DNA of 64,000 nt, from positions 27,156,001 through 27,220,000 of the forward strand of contig NC_086106.1 of NCBI RefSeq assembly GCF_963921235.1, in the 5' to 3' direction. Shown here piece after piece: positions 46,620 through 59,900 of this stretch. The stretch is from Mobula hypostoma. Taxonomy: Eukaryota. The notes beneath the pieces were generated by a model. That model was not told where the DNA came from. It was given only the letters and a program-made list of their open reading frames with translations, and ran no database searches. How positions within the stretch are numbered: position 1 is the stretch's first letter; the number at the start of each line of letters is the position of its first letter. The translations under genes were made by a program, and so were the position numbers.

Positions 46620-49600
46620 CGTGATAGATGGAGGTAGTCGCCCCTAAGTTGCAGAAGGCAGCTACCTGGGTTAGTGTCAGGAGATGGAAAGGAAACAAGC
46701 AGCCACTGCACTGAACCACTGTGGCGTTACCCTCAATAATAAATATACCAATTTGGATACTCCGGTGGTGGGGGCGTGGTGTTCCTCTAGCACTGTGACT
46801 CATGGGGGAACGGGGCGAAGATAGTTTAGCGGGGGATAGGTACCGTGTTCTGTGGACGTGATAGCGACAAGTGGATGGTATATTGCCTAACAAGTGCTAG
46901 GATCAGGAGGGTCTTGGGTCTGGTCTATGGCAATCGAATGGGGAGGAGTCAGTACACAGAAGGCTTGGTACTTATTGGAACTGATGACAAAGGTAGGAAA
47001 AGACAGAAGACCCTGAAGATAGAATTCAGTGAACGAGGCAGAAAGCTAAAAATCAGAAGCTGCAGGGTAGGGATGTATGGATTGCTGCCTCTGCCACGCA
47101 ACGCTGAGGGTAGGAATATGATGACTTGGCAAATGAACGCGTTGTTGAGGAATTTGTGCAAGGGGCATGGTTTCAGATTTCTGGATCATTGACATGTCTT
47201 CTGGGAAAGCTATGCCCTGAACAAAAGGGACGGGTTACGCCTGCACCCAAAGGGGACCAACATCATTGCGAGTAGGTTTGCTGGGAGTATTGGAGAGTAT
47301 TTACACCAATTTGGCAATGGGATTGGTACCGGAGTAATAGGACCATACGTATACATAGTCATAGTCATAGTCATAGTCATAGTCATACTTTATTTATCCC
47401 GGAGAAAGTTGATTTTCGTTCCAGTTGCACCAAAAATAATAATTAGCAATAGAACCATAAATAGTTAAATAGTAATATGTAAATTATGCCAGTAAATTAT
47501 AAAATAAATCCAGGACCAGCCTATTGGCTCAGGGTGTCTGATCCTCCAAGGTAGGAGTTGTAAAGATTGATAGCCACAGGCAGGAATGACTTCCTATGAT
47601 GCTCAGTGTTGCATCTCGGTGGAATGAGTCTCTGGCTGAATGTACTCCTGTGCCCACCCCGTACAGTATGTGGTGGATGGAAGACATTGTCCAAGATGGC
47701 ATGCAACTTAGACAGCATCCTCTTTTCAGACACCACCGTCAGAGAGTCCAGTTCCATCCCCACAACATCACTGGCCTTACGAATTAGTTTGTTGATTCTG
47801 TTGGTGTCTGCTACCCTCAGCCTGCTGCCCCAGCACACAACAGCAAACATGATAGCACTGGCCACCACAGACTAGTAGAACATCCTCAGCATCGTCCGGC
47901 AGATGTTAAAGGACCTCAGTCTCCTCAGGAAATAGAGACGGCTCTGTCCCTTCTTGTAGACAGCCTCAGTGTTCTTTGACCAGTCCAGTTTATTATCAAT
48001 TCGCATCCCCAGGTATTTGTAATCATCCACCATGTCCACACTGACCCCCTGGATGTATACAAGCAGAGGCAGTGTGAGTGAGACTGTCAAGACGGACAGG
48101 CTGATAAAGGGGCACAATTGCAGTCATTGGAATGAGTCACAGTGTAATAAGGGGACAGAATCGAAAAGGATGACGAATAAAGGACATGGCGTTATATCTG
48201 AATGCACACAATATACAGAATAAGGTAAATGATCTTGTAGCGTAGTTACTTTGGCAGGTATGATGTTGTGAGCATCATTCAATTGTGGCTAAAGGAAGAT
48301 CTTCGTTCCGAGCTTAACATCCAAGGGTACACAATGTATCGAAAGGACAGGCATGTAGACAGAGTGGGTGGCATGGATCAGTAGGTTAAAAAGTGAAATT
48401 TAAAAAGGTGACATATGATAGGAAAATGTAGAATAGTTGTCGGTAGAGGTAAGTAGCTGCAAGTGCAAAATGACCCTGATGCCAGTTATTTTCAGGCTTG
48501 CGAACAGCAACCAGGAAGTGGACTGCAAATTGAAACTGGAGATGGAAAAGGTTTGCAAGTAGGGCAGGTAGATTTGGAAAAGTAGGTTGGTGCTGATAAT
48601 GGATCCCTGAGATAGAGAGAGTTTGTAGAACGCCTACGAGAATATTTATAAAGCAACTTTTTGTTGACCTACTAGGATATCAGCTATTCCGGATTCGACG
48701 TTGTGTAATGAACTGGACTTGATTAGGGAGCTTAAGGTAAAGGAACCCTATGGAGTAAGTTATCATAACATGATGTAATTCACCCTGCAATTTGTGAGGG
48801 AGTAGCGCAAGTCAAATGTATCAGTATTACAGTGGAGTAAAGGGAATTACAGAAGCTTGAGAGAAGAACTGGCCATCGACAATTGGAAAGGGATCCGAGC
48901 AGGGCTGAAGGCAGAGCAGCAATGATTGCAGTTTCAGAGAACAATTCAGAAGGCGCAAGATAGATACATCCCAAATAGGAAGTAATATTCTGAAGGCAGG
49001 AAGACGCAGCCATTGCTGACAAAGGAAGTCAAGGCCATCACAAAAGGAAAAGATACAGTATATGAAGAGTAAAGAAGGCGAGGGAGTTGACATCGTGCCG
49101 CTGTAAAATTACATTAGATGGGTAGCAATTCACGACAAGGAGATGGTGGACGAACTAAATACGTATTTGCGTCCGTCTTCACTGAAGAAGACACAGCCTT
49201 ATGCAGGAGGTTCGAGAGTGTCGGAGGCAGAAGTGAGAGTAGTTGCCTTTATTAGCAGAACTTGCTTGGGAGGCTGAAAATTCTGGAGCTAGACAAATTA
49301 CCTGGAACAGGTGGACCATACCCCAGGGCTCTGAAAAGGTAGCTGAACAGATTGTGGAGGCATCGGTAATGATCTTTGAAGGATCAATACATTCTGGCAT
49401 GGTTCCAGAGAAGGAGTAAATTGCAAAAGTCACACCACCCTTCAGGAAGGGAGGGAAGCAGAAGAAAGGAAATTGTCAGCTAGTTAGTTTGACCTCAATG
49501 ATCGTGAAGATGATGGAATTGATTGTTAAGGATGAGATTTTAGGGTACTTGGAGGCACGTGATGAAATAGGCCAAAGTCAACATGGCTTCCTTAAGGAAA

Positions 49601-50260
49601 ATACTACCCGAAAATCAGTTGAAATTCTTTGCCGAAATAACAAGTAGAACATTCAAAGGAGGATCCATGGGTGTTGTGTACTTGTATTTTCAGAAGGCCT
49701 TTGACAAGGTGCCGCACATGAGGCTGCTTAGAGCCCACGTTATTACAGGAAAGATGTTAGCATTGGTTGGAACCAAACAATGGTTATAAATAAAACCTTT
49801 TCCGATTAGCTGCCGGTGACGTGGTGTTCCACAGGAGTCGTTATTGGGACCATATTTTACGTTGTCTGTCAATAATTTGGATGACGAAATTTATGACTTT
49901 GTGGCGAAGTTTGCGGACGATACAAAGATCGGTGGACGGGCAGATAGTATTGAGGAAGCAGGAAGGCAGCAGAAGGACAGACAGATTAGCAGAATGAGTA
50001 AAGAGGTAGAAGATGGAATACAGTGTCGGAAAGTGTTTGATCAAGCACTTTGGTAAAGGAATAAAAGCCTAGACTATTTTGTAAACGAGAGAAATTTTCA
50101 AATATAAGAGGTGCAAAAATAGTTGGGAGTCCTCGTGCAGGATTCAGAAAAATTAACTTGCAAGTTTTGCGGTGGTGAGGGATGCAGATGTGATGTCAAT
50201 ATTTATATCGAGAGGACTAGAATATAAAAAAAAAGATATGAGACATTGCTTGGAGTATTC
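46620..50260 (+). mobile_element. Highly degenerate CR1 LINE (ORF1 esterase, EN, RT), interrupted by a Rex1/Babar insertion
   Basis: FCGRDSD..MVYCL..AR, HIGTDD-like, FRFLDH; later YLYFQKAFDKVPH and AKFADDTKIGG. Confidence 0.8.
47352..48060 (-). mobile_element. Rex1/Babar-like LINE 3' fragment with (CATAGT)n tail
   Basis: VDDYKYLG..IDNKLDWSKNTEAVYKKGQSRLYFLRRLRSF; VASAIMFAVVCWG; tail at 47352-47385. Confidence 0.85.
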
Positions 50261-51129
50261 TGAGCAGTATTAGGCACCTTAGGGTCATCGAGTGTTGCAA
50301 AGAGCGAATGAAGCGAACCTAAGTGCAGGGCACAGGCACGGAGATTGAGTTAGGATGCTTACGCGGACGTGAAAGTTGAACGGCAAACAGGAGGGATCTT
50401 GACACGGAGCTGTGACGCAGAGAGACGGAGTTTCATATGTAAACCTTGAAACGGGAGCAAAGTTTAAAACACACGGTCCTAAGCGACCGGGAAACGTAAA
50501 TTCCCACACAGGTAAAACCAACGATCTGGCGACTAGTGGATGTAACTCCGGGGTTCTTATGCTGCGGGTCTTGATGGAAACCAGCTGTGCCGTCATCAAA
50601 GAGAATTAGAAGCAAATGGGAAATTAATGTTGGAACCGTGGCACAATCAAAGGAAATTAGGAGAAAGTTAGGGAATTAACGATCGGAACCTCGACATAGG
50701 GAAGTATAGCACCGAAACAGGTATTTAAATGATTCCAGCCCATCCACAACATGCCTAAAACATTTAAGCTACCCGCTGCCATTGATCTGCACCGGGGCTA
50801 CAGCCTGCCATACCGCTACTATCCATGTACCTGTCTGAACTTCACTGAAACGTTGATATCGTGCTCGCATGCATCACTTTAATTTCTTTAACAATACGAT
50901 GGTGAATATGTGGAATTCTTTGCTATAGGTTGCTATGGAGGGCAGGTCACTAAGTGTATTTAAGGTGCAGGTTGATTCTTGATAAATCAAGGCTTGAAAC
51001 ATTACAAAGTGAAAGCAGGAGAACGGGATTGACTGAGAAATTGATCGTTCACGATCAAATGGCCGAGCAAATTGGATGGGCCAAATAGCCCATTTCTACA
51101 CCTATGTTTTATTGTCCAATGGTTTTATC

Positions 51130-52130
51130 GTTTACACATAAGCATGTAACATTGGATAACAGTTTTGCAGAAGGAACTCCCACGTCAATCCCTAGGCCTG
51201 TGAAGAAGAGTAGCTGGAATCCCTTCATGCATTCAAAGGCGAACATGCCAGTGGGTGACGTCAGGAGCAGGAGCTGAAAGTGGTCAAGCTCTGCCCAAAC
51301 CAATTACGGGCTCCAGGATGTAGGATTAGAAGAGGCAAAGCAACGCAGGGTTGTCTGAAGGTCCTGCTTCACTCTCAAGTCTTGCCATTAGGTTGGGAGT
51401 GAAAACCAGCTGAGAGGCCCGGCTGTGACTCCCACAACAGAACATAAGCCTTCCAAAGCGGAAAGTGAACTGTGGCCTTTGGTCAGTCACTATGTCCTGA
51501 GGGAATCCTTGCAGCCTGAACACATGCTGATCCATGAGGCTGGGAGTCTCTCTAGCCGGCTGGAGCTTAAGCAAAGCCGAAAAGTGAGCAAAATTGGGGA
51601 ATCGCTCAAGACCGCAGAATGGTAATGCATCCATCAAACAGAGGCAGACTGGTGGCGGAATCCGTCAAGAGGTGGGGCAGAGGCAGTCGGCACAGGGTGC
51701 GAACATAGCAGACCCACAGTGCGCTGGCATAGTGTCTAGTGCTGGGCACAAGAGGGTCAGGCAGAGACGAAGTCGAGGATGTTCTTGTACATAAGTGGCC
51801 ACCATAAACGTCTCGTGATAAATTCCAGGATCCTTTGAATTCACAAGTGGCCAACCAGACGTGAGGAGTGACTCTATCTCAATACTCTAGGGGCGCATCG
51901 TTCGGGGGCCCCTCACCTGGGCATGAATCCAACTGCTGGGAGGCCCTCTCCACCGACTCTATTGCCTGAATTACCAGAACAGCAATGGCTTTTGGATGAG
52001 CCGTGTCCTGTGACATATTGAACTGCCTCGAGAGAGCATCGGCCTCTGTAGTCTTGCTGCCTGGTCGGTAGGTGGGGGTTAAATTAAATCCTGTGATGAA
52101 GACAGCCCACGGAGTTGTCCCGAATATAGG
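51130..52130 (-). mobile_element. Ty3/Gypsy pol remnant: end of RNase H and integrase
   Basis: TYRPGSK..EADALS; HVFRLQGFPQDIVTDQRPQFT. Confidence 0.8.
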
Positions 52131-52229
52131 AGGTCTCAGAAACTGTGTGCCACAAAGGCTCGGGACACACTTTGACTTTGACTATGATCTGTCCATGTCA
52201 AAACATAGTACTCTGCTCTCCCCAACCAG

Positions 52230-55200
52230 TATCCCCTTGCTTCCAGCGCTTCTATGCCTTTAAGACCATAAGGTCTAGCAGTATAATCAGGTATTTTGCC
52301 ATTTCTGCCCGCCATTTTATCATGGCTGACCCAATTTTCCTCTTAGCCCCAGAATCCTGCCTTCTCTCCATATCCCTTCATGTCCTGACAAATCAAGAAC
52401 CGATCAACTTCTGCCTTAAATATACATAAAGATTTGGGCTCAACAGTTGCCGGTGGCGATGCATTCTACAGATTTACTTCTCTCTGGCTAAAGGAATGCC
52501 TCCTCATTTCCAATCTAAAAGAACTTCCCTCTAAGCTGAAGCTGTGCCCTCTGGTCTTAGACTCTCCCACTACAGGAACATCCTCTTCGCATCCACTCTG
52601 TCAAATTTCACCATTTGTTAGGTTAAAATGAGGTCTACCCCTCATCTTTCTGGATTCATGTGAATACAGGCCTAAATCAGAGAACGTTCGTCATGTGACA
52701 GGCCATTCAATTCTGGAATCACTTTTCTGAATTTCCTTTGAAACCTCTGCAGTTTCAGCACATTTTTTTCGAGGATATGGGGTCCAAAACTGCTGACAAT
52801 ACCCCAAGTGAGGCCTCACCAGTGCTTTGTAAATTTCAACATGGCATCCTTGCTTTTATATTCTCGTCCTCTTGAATTAATTCTAACATTTGCCCCCTCA
52901 CTACAGAATCAACCCACAGATTCACCTTTATGGAATCCTGCTCAACGAATCCCAAGTCCCTTCGCACCTCAGCGTTTTTTTCCATATTCTTTCCATTTAG
53001 AAAATAGTCAACAATTTCACGTCTTCTTCCATACACTTCCCGACACTATTTTCCATTTACCATTTTCGTGCCCATTATCCTAATCTATCTAAGTACTTGT
53101 GTACACTCTCTACTTCCTCAAAACTACCTGCCCCTCCACCTACCTTCACATCGTCTGCAAACGTTGAAACAAATTCTTTAATTCTATCTTCCAAATCGTT
53201 AATATATAACGTGAAAAGAAGCCGTCTCAACACAGACGCCTTCGGAACGCCACCAGTGACCGGCAGCCAACCACAAAAGGCTCCCTTCATTCCCGTTCTT
53301 TGCCTCCTGCCAATCAGCTACGGCTTTATCAATGCTAGAATATTTCCTCTAATAACATGAGCTTGTTAAGCAGGCCCGTATGTGGTACTCTGTCGAAGGG
53401 CCTTCTTGAAATCCAAGAACACAGCCGATTATCCTTTGACTTTCCTACTTGTTATTTCTTCAGAGAATTCGAACAGATTAGACAGGACACGAGGAAATCT
53501 GCAGATGCTGGAAATTGAAGCAGCACACAAAACAAAAATGCTAGTGAACGCAGCAGGTCTGGCAGCATCTCTAGGTAGAGGTGCAGTCGACGTTTTGGGC
53601 CGGGACCCTTCGTCAGAACTAACTGAAAGAAGAGATAGTGAGAGATTTGAAACTGGAAGGGGAGGGGAGATCCAAAATGATAGGAGAAGACAGGAGGGGA
53701 GGAGTAGTTCTAAGAGCTGCAGAAGGGAAAGGATCATAGGACGGGAAGCCGGGCGAGAAAGAGAAGGGGGCGGGGACACTGGAAGGTGGAGCACAGGCAA
53801 GGAGTTATAGTGAGAGGGACAGAGGGAGAAAAAGGAGAGAGAGAGAGAGAAAGGGGGAATAAAATATATATATAAAATAAATAAATAAGGGATAGGGTGT
53901 GAAAGGGTATAAGGGGAATTAACGGAAGTTAGAAAAGTCAATATTCATGCAATCAGGTTGGAGGCTACCCAGACGGAATATAAGGTGTTGTTCCTCCAAC
54001 CTGAGTGTGGCTTCAGCTTGACAGTAGAGGAGGCTGTGGAGCAGGCAGAGATACTATCTCTTCTTTCAGTTAGTCCTGACGAAGTGTCCCGGCCCGAAAC
54101 ATCGACTGTACCTCTTCCTATAGATGCTGCCTGACCTGCTGCTTTCACCAGCATTTTTTGTGAGATTAGACAGGAAATATTTTCCATTCAGGCCTATTTT
54201 ATCATGCGCCTCTAAGTATCCTGAGACTTCATCCTTAATAATCGACTCCAACATCTTGTCAGCCACTGAGGTCAGAGTGACTGGCCTATAATTTCCTTTC
54301 TTTTGCCTCTCTCCTTTCTTTAAAAGTAGAGTGAGAACTTCTCCAGAATATAACGATTATTAAAAGATCATCGCTAACGACTTCACGATCTCTTCAGCCA
54401 CCTCTTTCAGAACCCTGGGGTGTACACCATCAGGTCCAGGTGACTTATCTACCTTCAGACCTTTCGGTTTGCCAAGAACTTAGTAATAGTAACTTTACAT
54501 TCTTCATGACCTCTGACACTTGGAACTTCCACCATACTGCTGGTGTCTTCCACAGAGAAGACAGGTGCAAAATCTTTATTCAGTTCACCCGCCATTTCTT
54601 TGTCCTCCATTACTACCTCTCCAACAACGTTTTACAGTGGGCCGATATGCACTCTCGCCTCCCTTTTATACTTTATGCACCTGAAGACACTTTTGTTATC
54701 CTCTTTAATATCGTTGGCTACCTTGCTTTCGTATTACATCTTTGGCTTCTTAATGTCGTTTTAGTTGCTTCTGATGATTTTTAAAGCTTCCCAATCCTCC
54801 AACATCCCATTAATTTTTGCTCTGTTATATGGTCTCATTGGCTTTTATGTTGGCTTTGACTTCTCCTGTCAACCACTATACTGTCATCTTTCCCTTAGAA
54901 TATTTCTTACTCTTTGGGCATATAGATATCATGTGCCTTCTGAATTGCTTACAGAAATTCCAGCTATTGTTGCTCTGCTGTCATCCCTGCCAGTGATCTT
55001 TACCTATCGATTCTGGATAACTCCTCTCTCATGCCTCTGTAATTCCCTTTATTCCACTGTAATACTGATATATCTGACTTTAGCTTCTTTCCCTCTAATT
55101 TCAGTGTAGTTTAGATCATATTGTGATCACATTCCCTAAAAGTTCTTTTACCTTGACCTCTCTAATCAATTCTCGTTCAATGCATAACACCCAATCCAGA

Positions 55201-55625
55201 ATAACTGATCCTCTGGAGGATTCAACCACGAGCTGCTCTAGAAACCATATAGCAAGCCCTCTAGTGATTTCCCCTCCCGGGATCCAATACCAACCTGATT
55301 TTCCCAATCTACCTGCATATTGAGCAACCTCCACCATGACCCATAACATTGCCCTCTTGCCATGCATTTTCTACTCCCGTTGTTATTTGTAGGCCAGAAC
55401 CTTGTGTGGCAATCTGTATACAACTACCATCAGTTGCTTTTTACCCTTGCAGTCTTTGGCTCTATCCACAATGATTCAGCACCTTCCGCCCCAATATCAC
55501 CTCTTTCTAATGATTTGATTTCATTTTTTACCAATAGAGCAACGCCGCCCCCTCTGCCTTTCTGCCTGTCCTTTTGATATCCTCAGACATTAGGCTCCCA
55601 ACTATAATCTTCTTTCAGCCATGAT
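52230..55625 (-). mobile_element. CR1 LINE nested in the Gypsy RNase H region
   Basis: 3' tail near 52255; GVPKASVL...FADDVKVGG; EN-region decay at 55100-55620. Confidence 0.8.
53488..54162. mobile_element. Penelope 3' fragment (-) with an inverted terminal piece (+), nested in CR1
   Basis: Minus GIY-YIG end and terminal repeat 53488-54052; plus-strand terminal repeat 54053-54162; flanked by AGATTAGACAGGA at 53475-53487 and 54163-54175. Confidence 0.82.
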
Positions 55626-55639
55626 TCAGTGAAGCCTCC

Positions 55640-56690
55640 AACATCATACCTGGGAATCTGCAGTTGTGTTGCAAGCTCATGTGCCAGAGGCTCTCTGTTC
55701 CCGACATCGAAATTGCATTCGGCAGGAGTCATGCGATGGGAAGGAAGGCACAGTGGTGCAAGTAATTATCGGAAGAAGAGTGATGAGAGAGAACAGCGCC
55801 AATGCCGATATCTGATGCATCCACTTCAACCATGTATGGACGGGATGGGTCTGGGTTTTGCAGTACCGAGCAGTGGCGAATACTTGCTTTCGTTCCGAGA
55901 ATGCTTAGTGTGCTTCGCTGGGCCAATGGAACCGTGTAGAGGTGTTCTTGGTGAGTGTATTTATGGGGGCTGTGATGGAACTGAAGTGTCTGATGAAGCA
56001 CCAATAAATGTTTGCAAACCCAATGAAGCGTTGCGCCTGTTTGACCGGAGATGACTTGGGCCAATGTGTAACTGGCTGAACTTTATTCGGGTTCATTTGA
56101 ACACTGGAAGGCAAGAGGATGATAGTCCTAGAATGACAGCTGCTCTTTATGGAACTCAATCTTCTCTGGCTTGACGTAAATATTATTCTCAAGGAGCCGT
56201 GTGAGGACAATCTGGGCACAGTGAACGAGTTCCTGACGACAGCGGGATAGATCAGAATATCATCTGAATACATGAAAAGAAACAGATTTAACACGTCTCA
56301 ATCGTCGACCGAGGCCTGAAAATCAGACCAGACCTAATGGCATCACCGGGTACTCACAATGAGTTGCTGCGAATACCTGTTGTATACAAACCCGGTTGTA
56401 AACGTTGTGCAGATCTAACCTGAGAATACGGTTTCTCCTTTGGGGTTTTCAAGCGCAGAGACAAGCGGGGGAAGAGGAGAGCTGCTCTTCAGTGTGAGGT
56501 TGTTGAGGGGTTGATTATCAATACAGGAAAGGAATTTGCCTCCATTCTTGCTCACAGTAAAGAAACCTGCCCCTGCAGGCGAGATTGATGGACGGTTAAA
56601 TGGGAAGGCCAATGAGACCTTGATGTATTCTTCCATAGGCAGAGTTTCTGAACGGGAGATTCAAAGGAGCTGGCCCGGACAGGACTAGCA
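55640..56690 (-). mobile_element. Ty3/Gypsy pol remnant: RT and start of RNase H
   Basis: RPSISPAGAGFF..K; YSDDILIY; AQRFIGFANIY..FI..FS; PDPSRPYMVEVDASDIGIGAVLS; NFDVGNRE. Confidence 0.85.
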
Positions 56691-56699
56691 GCGGTAAGT

Positions 56700-56920
56700 G
56701 GTCAATGGCGCAGCATATGGCTGGTGAGGGAAAGTGGGAGAGAGGGAAAGAAAGGGGAGAGAGTAGGGTAGAGAGAGGGAAGACTGAGGAGAGAGCGGGA
56801 AGAGAGAAGAGCAGAGAGGGGAAGAGCGATAGAGATAAGGAGAGAGGTGAGAAGAGAGGGAGGACCGTGTGGATAGAGGGAGGAAGAGAGGGGGCGTACT
56901 CAAAGAAGGAGAGAACGTGA
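56700..56920. repeat. GA-rich low-complexity tract
   Basis: Visible purine-rich run. Confidence 0.85.
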
Positions 56921-59900
56921 CCGCTTCACTTTGCTACACGCCGCCTCTTCCCCCGTCTTATGTTATCAGACCACTCCCAACAGCACCCGGCATCGTTTTT
57001 TATATAATTATTTTCTCCAATTGATGATAAAATAATCAACATTCAGGAAGTAAAGTTTTTAATGGAAAAGGGGAAGTTCATTAAAGAAACACAGAAATTA
57101 TGTTTCGAAACATTTCATCGTTGGCTGTGGAAAGGGGAAGATCTCTGATGTGAAACCTCGTTGTCATGGCAGCGGTGGACAACCCTGCAGTCTGAATGCG
57201 GAACTTGTTCCCTGGCTGTCTGGAGCCGGCGGCTATGGCCCAGAGGAGCGCTGCCTCGCTTGAGCCCTTAATGACGGGTAGCTCGTCCGTCCGGATATCA
57301 GCACCATCCGCTTACCGAGATGCTGCATTAGGCCGCGCAGTTCTGGCTGGAGAATGGGCGCCTTCCATCGGGCCGGGTGTGTATCAGGAACTGCGAGTCA
57401 ATGGGTGGCGCTGCAGCGAGTGAGCGGGAGCGAGAGGAGAGCGGCCAAACTGGTTCAAGCTGTCAGGAAGGCAACAGTAACTCAAATAACCACGTGTTTC
57501 AGGAGTGGTCTGCAGAAGATCTTCTCCGAATATAGAACATGTCAAATTGAAGTAGCTGCGCTACAGCAGCAGAACCATGAACTCAGTGGTCCCATTATTA
57601 GGTGTGAAAGGTGCATAATAAATTGGCCACTGAGTGTGTGAATTTACATATATTGCACAATTTGTCTTATTTTGCCCTTTGGTTTTATGTCACTCTTTAT
57701 TTAGGCATAGTTTTTATTTATTTTCTTGTAGATCCCAGAAACAAAACGAATCTGAAGCAGTACAAGGTAACATTTGATAATAAATTTACGTTGACTTGTT
57801 TCTATAATTCAGGAACCACCGCCTCCTTTTAAGCTCAGTCCCCTTTGCCATAAGCAATGAGCTTCTCCCAACTCCCCCAATTACTGCTGCTGAGATGTCG
57901 GCCCTTCAGCCCAACAAGTTCATGCTGTATATCAAATGCCTCTCTACACACTGATGTACAAGGTTAATAGCTTAAGAAATGGGAGCAGAATTAGGCCATT
58001 CAGCCCATCAAGTCTGATGTGCCATACAAGGATGGATAAGTTACTGTACCTCTCAACTTCATTCTCTTGCCTTCTCTCCATCAGTGTTGATCCCTTGCTA
58101 ATCTTCTACCCATCACCATCTGCTTTAACTACGCCAACGTCTTGGCCTCCACTCCCATCACCGGCAATGAATTCACCACCCTGGCTAAAGAAATTCCTCC
58201 TAATTTCTGTTCTTAAGGGTCGTTGTTCTATTCTGAGACTGTGCACTTTCGTCCCCAACACTCCCACAAGTGGAAATATCTTCTAAACCTCCATTCGGCC
58301 CGCATCTTCCAGTGTTCGTTACATTAACACTTTCATTTCCGTATCATTCTCATGAACCTCCTCTGGGCCCTCACCAATCCCAGCACATCATTTCTTAAGC
58401 TACACGCAAAAAAAATGCTGGAGGAACTCGGCAAGTCAGACAGCATCTTTCGAGGCGATTAAAATACAACCCAGGTTTAGAACCGAGACATTTCATCGGG
58501 ACTGGAAAGGAAGGGACAGAAACCTGTTCACACGAGCGTTTCTACTCCCAGAGAACAGAGAGCTAACGTTTATTCTCCCTCTCCTTCCGTATTCCCTAAC
58601 TTCCTCCCCAAAACCCCTCCCTAACAACCCTTCCACAACGGTCTGCCCACTTCTCATTACACCCCAGCCCCCACGCCCACCCCCGGCTATCTTCTTCCAT
58701 CACCATCACTCTCCCTCTCTCACTCTATCTCTGCCCCTCTTCTGCTCCACCTCCCCCTCCATTCCCGCCGGTGCTGCTCTCCCCCCGGAGAAGTGTGCCC
58801 TGGTCATGTCTGCATGCTCGCTGTCCGAAATGCCGACCCTTGCAGAACGGAGGAAGACGCAGGTGTTCCTGTTGAGTCCAGAACTCAGGAAAGGAGTTTA
58901 ATGATGACTGAACATCTGCGCCCGGGATTTGTAGCTGTTTGCGGGGAAGTATGGAGAGGTGGTCTCTGGGGACCATGGGATCTCCTTCTGAACCTCTTTC
59001 ACGTCACACCTTCTCACCACCACCTCCTCCATTCCCTGCCCCAGATTCTGGAAATGGCCACCAGATTCTTGTGGAGGGTCGCCACCTTGTACTGTCGGTG
59101 AGTCTCAGCTGAGGGTGAATCTCTCCCTCAGTAACGTTCATTCTGATGTTTCACCCACTTCCAAGATGGAGCTGGCTGATTTTACAATCTTCTGTAGCAT
59201 CTTTTGATCCTGTGCAGTAGACCCAAGCCCCCACCCCCACATACCAGACAGTGATGCAGCCTCGCAGATTGCTCTCCAGGGAATACCAGGGTCTAGTGGC
59301 TGCCTTGGTTTCTTTGTAGCTGCATTGATATGTTGGGACCAGATTAGGTCGTCTGAAAGATTGACACCCAGCAACTTCAATTTTTTCCTTTAACGGTGAT
59401 TGAAACCCAGGACAAAATCTCCATATCATGACCAACTTTGGGGCCATATTAACTTTTATAAAACAGAATTGAAACATATCCTTCAAGGAGAGCGAGCAGA
59501 TTAGATACACAATTGAATTGACGGTAGGAAGCTAAGGATGACGATGAGATGGTGTTTTCTGCTTCAACTGCAGCCCATGGGAGAGGGGATGGAATTACGT
59601 TCTCCAGACAGATTCTAAACCTTCTCAAATATACATATAGAGTTGTGTGCAAAAGTCAAAGGCACAGATATAAAAATTTTAGGCAAAAGTCGAGGACGCC
59701 TTAAACTTTTGACCAATACTGTATTTGTCAACATAGACTGGAGAGCAATTGTAGATGAAGCAGGAAGAAAGGATGCTGGAAATAGCGAGAAAGAAGCGCC
59801 GCTGGAGGAATGTGGGACAGATGGCAGGGAAGAAATGCCAAGAACAAGGGGTGGCACGGGCGAAATATTTAATTCCAAGCAATTGGTTTATTGATCATTA

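Noticed and set aside
50395-50450. SCDAERRSFICKP as a C-type lectin C-terminus
   Set aside because: Lacks the preceding WxD motif, and there are no other lectin exons or clear splice sites.
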